From IMG/VR virus record IMGVR_UViG_3300044707_000321, positions 635-64,634 of that record: DNA of 64,000 nucleotides; one strand, given 5' to 3'. The notes under the pieces are model-generated. The model did not search any database, was not told where the DNA came from, and was given only the letters and a program-made list of their open reading frames with translations. Source of the stretch: a virus (taxonomy: Duplodnaviria; Caudoviricetes). This document shows, in pieces, positions 36,093-44,602 of the stretch (the first letter of the stretch is position 1; every line of letters begins with the position of its first letter). Both the position numbers and the translations under genes were made by a program.

Positions 36093-38042
36093 TTATCCTA
36101 AGGCTATGCTGAAAGCTATAACTTCAGCGTCAAGGGCGTTTTGGGTTGGCAGTTGTGAAAGAGGAATAACTCCATTAACAAGGGTAGCGTAAGAACCTGA
36201 TTGTTGTTTTCCATCTAGTGCAGTTTGAAGTCCGGTAACATTAGAGATTGAGTGTGTGTGTGATGATAGTGCCTTTCCGTCTAAAGCTGTTTGTAGGCTT
36301 GTTACTTCGGAAATTGCATGACTATGGGCAGTTGGTGTTCGGGGATCTGAAAGCCTTGAATCATTCGTGACAACCGCAGTTCCAGTAATTGCCGACGGGG
36401 CTATGCCAGTTGCAGGAGCGTAGCTTCCAGATGCCTGTTTCCCATTCAAGGTGGTCTGCAAGTCCGTTACATCAGAAATTGTGTGAGAGTGAGAAGTCGG
36501 TGAAGCCCCAACATCCGAAGCAGTAAGCGTAACTGCACCAGTTTTTGTGTTTACTGAGGTTACTTCGCTGGGGCTTATTTCAATATACGCACTACCAGAC
36601 CATCTAAATGTTTTGTTGGTTGCAAGTGATACATAAATCTTTCCGGCCTCACCAGTTGCGGGAAAAGCCGAATTATTTGCGTATTCTAAAACATCATCGA
36701 CAAAGCTAGGGAGTTGGTCGGAAGGCACTTTTCCGCTAACTAGAGTTGCGTAAGCTCCAGAGGGTTGCGCTCCAATATCAGCTGGGGTTAAGGCATCCAC
36801 TCCGCCAGTTGCGTGAGTGGATTTATGAGCCGTAGGTGTCCTTGGATCTGAAAGACGTGAATCGTTTGTGACAACGGCGGTACCAGTAATTTCGGAAGGA
36901 GCGTGGGTGTGTGCGGACGGAGTAAATGAATTGGGCTTGTTAAGGATTTGTGCATCGCCAGAGACGGCGTTCCAATCCGCATTAACGTTGACCTCGGCTC
37001 CGCTTGCGACTCCATCTAGTTTTGCTTTATCGCTCGATGACATGGAGCCATCTGAAGTCGAGGTAGCTGTATATTCATGATCCGATTTCCATATCATTCC
37101 AGCATCAGTAATCATGCTGTAACCAGACCAGCGGTATGGAGTTAGGGGCGGTACATTCAGAGAACCCGCTGGGGTGAGGTTAATTCTTGCCGTTACCCCT
37201 GCTGGCGTAGTGAATGCAAATCTCAGCCTATCGCCAGCCCTTACCCCTGAGCTTGGAAAATAAATATTAATAGTTCCACTTCCGATGAACTCGACTGACC
37301 ATCTTTTATTTCTGGATGCCGTGAACCTGTTTTGAGTGTTTTCGGGCGCATTAGCATAAAGGGTATCTACCTGCTGGCCGAGAACCTCGCCAAGCTCGGG
37401 CAGATCAGCGTTGTTGTGTGTGTGAGTCGTTGGTTGCCTAGAATCTGAAAGCCTTGCATCGTTCGTGACAACTGCAGTACCAGTAATTGCCGATGGAGAA
37501 ATGCCAGTTGAAGGGGCATAGCTTCCAGATGCTTGCTTGCCGTCGATTGCAGTTTGCAAGCCCGTGACATCTGCGATTGCGTGGGCATGGGACAAAAGAG
37601 CTTTCCCATCTAAGGTAGTTTGCAGTCCTGTGACATCTGCTACGGCATGGGTATGCGTAAAGTCGGTTATATTCGACTTGGTGTGTGTGTGTGCCTTGGG
37701 ATCTCTTGTGTCTGAAAGCCTTGCATCGTTTGTCAAAACCAGATTCGCCGTGTTCGCAATTCCGTGGACTGATGTGGTTACAGAGTTGTGCGTTGTGATT
37801 TTTCCGTCAACCTCTGCGTCTAGTGAGGCTTGGTCTGGGAGATTGGCTACTGGTACTTTTGCGTTTGCGTCTAGCGGAGCGTACCCGTTAGCTACTCCCT
37901 TGTTTGCTTTGTCCTCCTTGTTTGCGATATTCTCAAGGGGTAAAGATGGCACCGCATAGGTGTCGTTAATGCTTGTTGGTACGGATGTATTAAGACTCGT
38001 ATTCACACTCGGATTGCTATTGCCAGTTGTATTTAGGCTCAT
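36093..38042 (-). CDS. Tail fibre protein with H-x-H repeats
   Basis: Repeated H.H.I.DVTGLQT.LDGK and TGTAVVTND.RLSD.RTP.AH; KGVANGYAPLD; GKVPSDQLPSFVDDVLEY...YIEIS. Confidence 0.9.
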   Translation of the reverse strand: MSLNTTGNSNPSVNTSLNTSVPTSINDTYAVPSLPLENIANKEDKANKGVANGYAPLDANAKVPVANLPDQASLDAEVDGKITTHNSVTTSVHGIANTANLVLTNDARLSDTRDPKAHTHTKSNITDFTHTHAVADVTGLQTTLDGKALLSHAHAIADVTGLQTAIDGKQASGSYAPSTGISPSAITGTAVVTNDARLSDSRQPTTHTHNNADLPELGEVLGQQVDTLYANAPENTQNRFTASRNKRWSVEFIGSGTINIYFPSSGVRAGDRLRFAFTTPAGVTARINLTPAGSLNVPPLTPYRWSGYSMITDAGMIWKSDHEYTATSTSDGSMSSSDKAKLDGVASGAEVNVNADWNAVSGDAQILNKPNSFTPSAHTHAPSEITGTAVVTNDSRLSDPRTPTAHKSTHATGGVDALTPADIGAQPSGAYATLVSGKVPSDQLPSFVDDVLEYANNSAFPATGEAGKIYVSLATNKTFRWSGSAYIEISPSEVTSVNTKTGAVTLTASDVGASPTSHSHTISDVTDLQTTLNGKQASGSYAPATGIAPSAITGTAVVTNDSRLSDPRTPTAHSHAISEVTSLQTALDGKALSSHTHSISNVTGLQTALDGKQQSGSYATLVNGVIPLSQLPTQNALDAEVIAFSIALG

Positions 38043-38776
38043 AATCCTCCTCTAATTCCTACCGAAAACTTGCATACGCAAGCGAGATTGGCCTTTTCTG
38101 ACTCAGTAGCGTTCTCGTTCGAGTTTGAATTGCTGTTCTGAACACTGTTGTCGTTCTTGTTGGTTGTTGCGTTAGTATTGCTATTTCTGTTCTCGTTCTC
38201 ATTCCGGTTCTCATTCCGGTTCTCATTCCTGTTCTCGTTCCGGTTCTCATTCCTGTTCTCGTTCCGGTTCTCATTCCTGTTCTCGTTCCGATTCTCATTC
38301 CTGTTCTCGTTCCGATTCTCATTCCTGTTCTCGTTCCGATTCTCATTCCTGTTCTCGTTCCGGTTCTCGTTCCGATTCTCGTTCTGATTCTCGTTCTTGT
38401 TTTCATTCCTGTTCTCGTTCCGGTTTTCATTCCTGTTCTCGTTCCGATTCTCATTCCTGTTCTCGTTCCGGTTTTCATTCCTGTTCTCGTTCCGATTCTC
38501 GTTCCGGTTCTCGTTCCGATTTTCATTTCTGTTCTCATTCTCGTTCCGGTTCTCATTCTTGTTCTCGTTCCGGTTCTCATTCTTGTTCTCGTTCCGGTTC
38601 TCATTCTTGTTCTCGTTCCGGTTCTCATTCCTGTTCTCGTTCCGGTTCTCATTCCTGTTCTCGTTCCGGTTCTCATTCCTGTTCTCGTTCCGGTTCTCAT
38701 TCCTGTTCTCATTACGGTTCTCGTTCTGATTGGAATTAAGTGTCTCATCTTTTAGTACGTAGTCATTGCCATCCAT
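38039..38776 (-). CDS. (ENRN)n repeat protein, 245 aa
   Basis: GAGGA SD 7 nt before ATG; ATGA overlap with the fibre gene; repeat variation is mostly synonymous in this frame. Confidence 0.8.
   Translation of the reverse strand: MDGNDYVLKDETLNSNQNENRNENRNENRNENRNENRNENRNENRNENRNENRNENKNENRNENKNENRNENKNENRNENENRNENRNENRNENRNENRNENRNENRNENRNENRNENRNENRNENKNENQNENRNENRNENRNENRNENRNENRNENRNENRNENRNENRNENRNENRNENRNENRNENRNENENRNSNTNATTNKNDNSVQNSNSNSNENATESEKANLACVCKFSVGIRGGL
38183..38722 (-). repeat. 12/24-bp coding tandem repeat, about 45 ENRN units (180 aa)
   Basis: GAGAACCGGAAT/GAGAACAGGAAC-type units. Confidence 0.95.
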
Positions 38777-38787
38777 ATATTTATCCT

Positions 38788-39648
38788 CTAGTTCCCCATT
38801 GTGTTGTCAGCTTGACCGTAGGTGTATTTGTTGCTTTGGCTTTCGCTCTTTGAACTAGAACTCGAACCAGAACTCGAACCAGAACTTGAACCAGAACTTG
38901 AACCAGAGCTAGAGCTAGAACTCGAACCAGAACTCGAACCAGAACTTGAACCAGAACTTGAACCAGAGCTAGAGCCAGAACTTGAACCAGAGCTAGAGCC
39001 AGAACTAGAACCAGAGCTAGAGCCAGAACTAGAACTCGAACCAGAACTCGAACCAGTGGTTGAACCAGTGGTTGAACCAGTGGTCGAACCAGTAGTAGAA
39101 CCAGTGGTTGAACCAGTGGTCGAACCAGTAGTAGAACCAGTAGTAGAACCGGTAGTAGAACCAGTGGTCGAACCAGTAGTAGAACCGGTGGTCGAACCAG
39201 TAGTAGAACCGGTGGTCGAGCCAGTAGTAGAGCCAGTGGTTGAACCAGTAGTAGAACCGGTGGTCGAGCCAGTAGTAGAGCCAGTGGTTGAACCAGTAGT
39301 AGAGCCAGTGGTTGAACCAGTAGTAGAACCGGTGGTCGAGCCAGTAGTAGAACCGGTGGTCGAGCCAGAATTAGATCTTACTGTACTTGCGCTTTCGGAA
39401 CTTGCCTGACTTTGTGTTCCGCTAGTATTCCCGCTTTGACTTTGACTCCCAGCCCCTGTTTTAGAAGTTGTTTTCTGTATAGCATAAGACGAGTCTTGCC
39501 AGCCCCTTACTAGGTTCATCTCGAAATCTACCTTTTCGGGCAGTTCAGCGATTGCGTACTGCCTTGCCCCAACAATACCAACCTTAATCTGCTGAATCGT
39601 TTCAGTGATTAGGTTATCCAGTTCTGAAAGAGGGATAATGTTTTCCAT
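38788..39648 (-). CDS. (GSTT)26-(GSSS/SSSS)17 repeat protein, 286 aa
   Basis: Unique N-terminal helix and strand followed by tetrapeptide arrays; third-position synonymous variation; starts 1 nt after the upstream stop. Confidence 0.8.
   Translation of the reverse strand: MENIIPLSELDNLITETIQQIKVGIVGARQYAIAELPEKVDFEMNLVRGWQDSSYAIQKTTSKTGAGSQSQSGNTSGTQSQASSESASTVRSNSGSTTGSTTGSTTGSTTGSTTGSTTGSTTGSTTGSTTGSTTGSTTGSTTGSTTGSTTGSTTGSTTGSTTGSTTGSTTGSTTGSTTGSTTGSTTGSTTGSTTGSTTGSSSGSSSSSGSSSGSSSGSSSGSSSGSSSGSSSGSSSGSSSGSSSSSSSGSSSGSSSGSSSGSSSSSKSESQSNKYTYGQADNTMGN
38851..39366 (-). repeat. 12-bp coding tandem repeat: 26 GSTT units (39055-39366) and 17 G/S tetrads (38851-39054)
   Basis: GGYTCNACYACY and GGYTCNAGYTCT units. 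Confidence 0.95.
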
Positions 39649-39649
39649 T

Positions 39650-40501
39650 TTAGTAGCCCCTCGCAGACTTCACCTTATTGGCCGGAGAAGCCATGTCATT
39701 AGACTCAAGTTGGCCTAGCCCGATTATTGCGTTTTCGTATCTTTTCATGACTCCATCTTTAGCAATCTCAGAGTTCCATAGTTCGGACATGGCTAGTTCG
39801 CCTTCGCAAATAGGCAAAAGGAATGACGCAACATGACTATTCCGGACTGGAATCGTTGTTTGAGCCGAAAGATCGGTGATAACCAACTGGGAAGGCTCAA
39901 GTTCTACTGTGATTGAAACAATAAAAGATGTCTCCGGAAGCGGGTGAACACGCAGATAAAATGGAGGAAACGCCCCGCCAATAGATCCGACTGCTTCTAG
40001 TTTATAGGCTGAAGGCTTTCCGACTGCCGTTGGGCTAATCCAGATTTCAGCATCTTCCCTTTTTAAGACGTTTCCGGAGATTGTTGGGTGAGTGACAACC
40101 CTAGCAACACCGGATGGAAGTTGAATTGCATCCCCGTAAATCGTCCCATTAAATGTCCCAGTACCCCCGCCCCAGTTTGCTAGAAATTGGTTTGTGCTAA
40201 CAATTTGCTGAGGATCGTTCTTTTCTGAAAACAAAACCGACGATCCCTCTTGGCTTGTGGTCGCAGTGTAACCGGTGAAGTTCTGACTTCCGTTTGTAAG
40301 TCCGAAGGAGGCAGTCATAGGGGCCGGAAGCGTCACACTTGCGCTAGCATGCCGATAGTTTGGAGGAGTCCTTAGGTGATAAGCCGAAAGGCCGGAGTTG
40401 ATAATATCAACGAACCGGATCGCATCCTCGACCGTAAGCAAGGCCACGTCCTTAGCCGGCGTAAATCGAACGAGACGCTGGGCTAGCTGGGCTGAGTTCA
40501 T
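39650..40501 (-). CDS. Putative head-tail connector/adaptor protein
   Basis: Position after the capsid gene; IN.GL...GKP..Y...LRVHPLP...V.VE pattern shared with the neighbour. Confidence 0.6.
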   Translation of the reverse strand: MNSAQLAQRLVRFTPAKDVALLTVEDAIRFVDIINSGLSAYHLRTPPNYRHASASVTLPAPMTASFGLTNGSQNFTGYTATTSQEGSSVLFSEKNDPQQIVSTNQFLANWGGGTGTFNGTIYGDAIQLPSGVARVVTHPTISGNVLKREDAEIWISPTAVGKPSAYKLEAVGSIGGAFPPFYLRVHPLPETSFIVSITVELEPSQLVITDLSAQTTIPVRNSHVASFLLPICEGELAMSELWNSEIAKDGVMKRYENAIIGLGQLESNDMASPANKVKSARGY

Positions 40502-41184
40502 TTTGCCTTAGCCTCCATGGGCATAACCCTCGGTGATGTTCCGGAAAGCACTGCGAGAGCATTTTGGTAGTCCTGCTCCACGAACGATTCACGTCCTTTA
40601 TCCACGAAGAACCTAGTGCCTAGACCCAGCTTACGGACTACCGGAAGGAGTATTGCCTCATAGTTATGAGGCACTGCGATAACGGTTTGTGAGGCGTAAT
40701 CAGAGTAATAGTACCGTGTAGGTTGCTTAATCACGTCCACTGAAATACTTGCGGTAGATGTCGGGGCCGGAACGGTCAGGATCCGTAGCCTTACCGAATC
40801 TGCCGTTGCCTGACGAAGCTCTTCCAAGAAGTAGAATTGCGGTGTTCCGGATAAAATCGTGGGAGAATCCCCGAAAAGCAGTCCAAAACGTTCGTATGCT
40901 CCCCTGCTAGAAATCTGCAAAAGCGGTTGATTTGTCGAAGCTACCCTGACCGGCCCGATAACTGTTTGAATGTCATCATCCAGTGAGGCAACCCCTGAGC
41001 TATTTACAGTAACGGTAATAGTTTCACGGGCAAAATAGGACATCTCTTTTGCGTTTGACCAAATGAGTTGCATGGCCGAATTAAGGGTATTTACGGTACG
41101 ATCCCTCAGGAAAGCCGTTACGTTTGTCTCAGCTTCGAATCCCCAGTTACCCCAAAGATCGTCAAAAACGGTTTTAACTGTCAT
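40498..41184 (-). CDS. Putative head-tail adaptor protein
   Basis: LN.AMQ...GTPQFY...L.I..VPAP....V pattern of podoviral adaptors. Confidence 0.65.
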   Translation of the reverse strand: MTVKTVFDDLWGNWGFEAETNVTAFLRDRTVNTLNSAMQLIWSNAKEMSYFARETITVTVNSSGVASLDDDIQTVIGPVRVASTNQPLLQISSRGAYERFGLLFGDSPTILSGTPQFYFLEELRQATADSVRLRILTVPAPTSTASISVDVIKQPTRYYYSDYASQTVIAVPHNYEAILLPVVRKLGLGTRFFVDKGRESFVEQDYQNALAVLSGTSPRVMPMEAKAK

Positions 41185-41461
41185 TTTTGACTACTTTCTT
41201 GCGCTTAGGAGCCTCTTCAACGGCCTCCTTGGGTTCGTCCAAGAGCATGACAACTGCCTTTTGATAAGTGTTTTCCTCTGAAGTGGTCAGATCTAGGATG
41301 ATTGAATTATCCTCAATCCCGATCTCTTTTCCGTTCAAGATGTGTTTCTGGTAGGTATCAGACCAAGTAAATGTGTATTCCTTATGAGATTTTCCGTTTA
41401 GATACGTAATAGGCCCGTTAATGGAACGGGAAACTCCTGAGATGTAGAGAATTGCTTTCAT
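41174..41461 (-). CDS. Small hypothetical virion-region protein
   Basis: 95 aa, basic C-terminal tail. Confidence 0.6.
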   Translation of the reverse strand: MKAILYISGVSRSINGPITYLNGKSHKEYTFTWSDTYQKHILNGKEIGIEDNSIILDLTTSEENTYQKAVVMLLDEPKEAVEEAPKRKKVVKNDS

Positions 41462-41466
41462 TATTA

Positions 41467-41504
41467 AAAGTTGCCCCCGCCTAGATTTTTAGGTCTAGGC
41501 GGGG
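41467..41504 (-). terminator. Rho-independent terminator after the capsid gene
   Basis: CCCCGCCTAGA-N8-TCTAGGCGGGG 11-bp stem followed on the minus strand by GCAACTTTT. Confidence 0.75.
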
Positions 41505-41529
41505 TACAACAATTCAGTTTTTCAGTCTA

Positions 41530-43020
41530 TTAGCTGATCACTGGGAGGTTCAGACCGGCATAGGCAATCGCATGTTCTACGACTGCATAGTTCGGGTAAC
41601 GCCCGTCGGGACGTTGGAACGGAGTCTGACCGAAGATCGAAGTGATATACACCTTGCGGATGAAATCACCGTCGAACATTTCTTCAGTACGCTCGTTCGT
41701 GAATCGTCCGTAGCCACGAAGGGCCGAGGAAGCTCCGAGAACCACGGTACGACCAATCGGAACACCGGATGAGTTGGTTTCCACAATGAGGGAACCAACG
41801 GGGTGTTGCCGGCTCAGGTTGGCATTCGCCCAAACGCCAGTTGTGGCGTGAGCAGATACCGCACCGATAGTGGCTTTCAAGTAAGATCCGGCAGTATCCG
41901 TAGTCTTAGCAAGTGCGCCAGTGATCGTGAGTTGGTTGCCGTTGTTCGAAGTGTAGGAGTAGAGGTTATATTTTCCGTCCGTCAAATTATAGATCAGGAC
42001 GTATTTTTCGCTACTTCCGGCACTCAGAGCATCGTCTGGTGACCATTTATAGGCGTAGTTCGAGAAGAACTCGAAGTACTTAGGGGCAGTCTTATCCCCA
42101 GCCGAGGCCGATCCGCCACCCTTCAATGAGAAGGAAGCAGTCGGAGCAGTGGAGAGGTCAGCACCCAAGTAAGCCTTAGGATTCAGAGGAGAGCCAACCG
42201 GCCCCCATCCGTCGTGATCAATCGGGTCATAAGACCGGATTACGTGGCCGTTGATGTTCGAGAATCCACCCTTAAAGATGTAGTTCTCGTCACCACGGAC
42301 GCCAGCATCACGTTGAGCCTGTTTGTAGTCGGAAGAGTTCTTCAACGACAACAATCCTTCGCCAGTCGATACGAATGTGAAGGCATTGACGGAGTTTTTG
42401 CCGACTTTGCCAACCAAAGCGGGTTTAGCACCACGGGTACGCATCTGCTGTCCGAAGGTAGTGATGGCATCCATTGTCAAAACGTCGGCAGAACGAAGAT
42501 CGTTCGTCGTCGCTTTGTTGTTGGGGCGAACGGTGTTTTCACTGTTGCCTTTGTGGATGAACATCTTCAGGAGACGTTCGGTTTTTTTCCGTCCGAGCCA
42601 GTTACCCAACAAGTTGGGGATGCTGGACTTGAGTTCGGTCATCAAACCGGTTTGATCTTCTGTTCGGATGTTGTAGGAAACTGCGTGGCGAAGGTAATCG
42701 ACCGAGAGTGTGTAGCTCCCAACCCGAAACTCTTCGACATTAGATCCTACGATCTCGTCGCCCTGAACACCGTCACCGAACAACTGGGCCATTGTCCGGA
42801 ATGTGATCTTCTGTCCCGCCCCCTTGGCAAGATCGGTTACGCTCATAATGGGGCTATTCTGAGAACCACCTTCAAAATCATTGAAGTAATCCTCCTGAGC
42901 CTCACTAATCTGCACACCTTTCTTCCAAAGTTTAGGCAAGAAGTCACTGTTTGTCGTCTGAGCATTAAGCTCGGACGATAAGTTTACATTAGGTACGCTT
43001 AGGTTAAATGCTGTTGCCAT
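41530..43020 (-). CDS. Major capsid protein (N4-gp56/DUF4043-like)
   Basis: DL.KGAGQKITF...G.GV.GDE...N.EE...VD..RHAV; strong AGGAGG SD; follows the scaffold gene and precedes a terminator. Confidence 0.88.
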   Translation of the reverse strand: MATAFNLSVPNVNLSSELNAQTTNSDFLPKLWKKGVQISEAQEDYFNDFEGGSQNSPIMSVTDLAKGAGQKITFRTMAQLFGDGVQGDEIVGSNVEEFRVGSYTLSVDYLRHAVSYNIRTEDQTGLMTELKSSIPNLLGNWLGRKKTERLLKMFIHKGNSENTVRPNNKATTNDLRSADVLTMDAITTFGQQMRTRGAKPALVGKVGKNSVNAFTFVSTGEGLLSLKNSSDYKQAQRDAGVRGDENYIFKGGFSNINGHVIRSYDPIDHDGWGPVGSPLNPKAYLGADLSTAPTASFSLKGGGSASAGDKTAPKYFEFFSNYAYKWSPDDALSAGSSEKYVLIYNLTDGKYNLYSYTSNNGNQLTITGALAKTTDTAGSYLKATIGAVSAHATTGVWANANLSRQHPVGSLIVETNSSGVPIGRTVVLGASSALRGYGRFTNERTEEMFDGDFIRKVYITSIFGQTPFQRPDGRYPNYAVVEHAIAYAGLNLPVIS

Positions 43021-43098
43021 AAGTGTATCCTCCTATTTCTTTTGGAGGGAGCAGTAGCCGGAGACTGCTGACTGGGGCTATCGCCCCGAATTAACAAC

Positions 43099-44121
43099 TT
43101 AGATCTTGCCGATCAAAGACCGGAAGGCTTCTTCGTCACTAATCCCGTCGAGTACAGTTTCCAACGATTTGATACTGCTCCCGTTTGAGCGAGCGTTTCC
43201 ACTCGCTATTGGGGTTTGTATCGCTTTGCGGGATGCACTTGATGGGGCTGGGGTGACGACCTTCTCAACCTTCCGGTTAGGATCCTTGGGAGCGATTCCC
43301 AAGTCGTTGCCGGCCATTTGAGCGATCTTGAAAGGCTTATCGGCGGAATAGTAAAGTGGGTTATCCTGCTCCTTAAGAGCATTATCGATTTCCACCATCC
43401 GGCGCACTAACTGACTTTGTTTATCGGTAGTGTCCGGATAAAAAGAGACTGCTTTACGCTTTGAATCCTCGACTGACCTTTGGTAGCTTGCACGGGCCTC
43501 AACTTCTGCTTCTTTTGCAGATTCCCGAAGTTGCGCCTGTTTCTCCCTTAGTCCATCAAGAGTTTCGTCCAGATCCCCCAATTTTTCAAAGTCCAAGTCC
43601 TTAAGTGCCTGTTTGCGATCTGCTTTAACCTTTGCAACTTGAGCCTCCACTTCATCGAGTGAAGGTACTGATTGCTTGGTTTCTTCAGCCTTTTCAGGCT
43701 CATTTCCCTTGATTTTGGCAAGTGCCTCGTCAAGTGACATGTCAGGGTTTCTCGCCCTGAGCGCAATCGCCTTTCGTTCTACCTCTGACCAGTTTCCGAC
43801 TCGCACCCGTTCGGGTAGCTTGTTGGGATCCTCGGTATCTTCGGTAGCTTCAGGCTCCTCTTCCTTGGTGGATTCTTCTTTTTTGGGTTCTTCCGGAACC
43901 GTCTCTTCTTTTACTTCTTCTGCTTCAGCCTTTACCTCGGCGGGTGGTTTTTCCTCCTTGGAGACGTCTAAATCTTTTAGGAGTTTTTCGTAGCCAACCG
44001 CATCAAGTGCATCCACGCTTAACGACGATTCAGCAGGATTCTCTTTAGGAGCCTCCCCTGAATTAGTTGTAGTGGCGTTAGGTTGCTCGGCTTGCGCCGG
44101 AGTCACTTCCGTTTCGTCCAT
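43099..44121 (-). CDS. Capsid scaffolding protein
   Basis: Acidic E/K/P-rich N-terminus, coiled coil, immediately upstream of the capsid gene. Confidence 0.75.
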   Translation of the reverse strand: MDETEVTPAQAEQPNATTTNSGEAPKENPAESSLSVDALDAVGYEKLLKDLDVSKEEKPPAEVKAEAEEVKEETVPEEPKKEESTKEEEPEATEDTEDPNKLPERVRVGNWSEVERKAIALRARNPDMSLDEALAKIKGNEPEKAEETKQSVPSLDEVEAQVAKVKADRKQALKDLDFEKLGDLDETLDGLREKQAQLRESAKEAEVEARASYQRSVEDSKRKAVSFYPDTTDKQSQLVRRMVEIDNALKEQDNPLYYSADKPFKIAQMAGNDLGIAPKDPNRKVEKVVTPAPSSASRKAIQTPIASGNARSNGSSIKSLETVLDGISDEEAFRSLIGKI

Positions 44122-44156
44122 AAAGTGAAGTATGTGGGTTGTTGTCGTCCTGTCAA
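44122..44156 (-). promoter_or_regulatory. Putative promoter of the scaffold-capsid operon
   Basis: TTGACA-N16-CATACT-N7-ATG, with GACAACAA in the spacer. Confidence 0.6.
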
Positions 44157-44164
44157 CACCTATC

Positions 44165-44602
44165 TTAAAAAGATTTTATTGCCCAATCGTAAGGGATGTT
44201 TTTATCGTCAAACGGCCTCCGGTACTCGTCCGGATTTGCGTAGTCGAATGGTTGATCAACGGTATTGATAACGACCGCTTCCTTCGTCCCGCATGCCATG
44301 AAACCATGCCATAGGTTAGGAGGTATTGTGATCCGGTATGGGCTATTCTCCCCAATGAAATACGTCTCTGTTTTGCCTGTTTTCTCGTCATAGATACCTA
44401 CCTTTAGAGTCCCACTGACGCATACAAACTGATCCGTCTGCTTTTTATGGAAGTGCCACGCCTTCACTATGTTGGGATTGCACGTAGTCATATATACTTG
44501 CCCGAAACTTGTGAATCCATGCTCATCGTTTCTGAGCATTTCCATGAGCCGGCCCCTGCCGTCCTCGATAACCTTAAGAGGCGTCTTTAGGCACAGGCTC
44601 AT
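44165..44602 (-). CDS. rmlC: dTDP-4-dehydrorhamnose 3,5-epimerase (cupin)
   Basis: D.RG.L.E, KAWHFH..Q.D.F.CVSG, IPP.LWHGF, IPYDW. Confidence 0.85.
   Translation of the reverse strand: MSLCLKTPLKVIEDGRGRLMEMLRNDEHGFTSFGQVYMTTCNPNIVKAWHFHKKQTDQFVCVSGTLKVGIYDEKTGKTETYFIGENSPYRITIPPNLWHGFMACGTKEAVVINTVDQPFDYANPDEYRRPFDDKNIPYDWAIKSF

Noticed and set aside
36300-37560. Diversity-generating retroelement TR/VR pair in the tail fibre
   Set aside because: The ~100-bp near-duplicates are both in frame in one gene, differ mainly at synonymous positions, not adenines, and no reverse transcriptase is visible
38183-39366. CRISPR array
   Set aside because: Contiguous 12-bp coding repeats without unique spacers; no cas operon (the Cas4-like nuclease is the RecT partner)
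39055-39366. Ice-nucleation protein
   Set aside because: Thr-rich, but lacks the 8/16-residue AGYGSTxT periodicity of InaZ-type proteins; the period here is 4
38059-39409. Alternative-frame ORFs (RTGM)n, (FSFR)n and (EPVV/EPEL)n
   Set aside because: By-products of stop-free repeats; synonymous variation, SD and operon coupling favour the ENRN and GSTT frames
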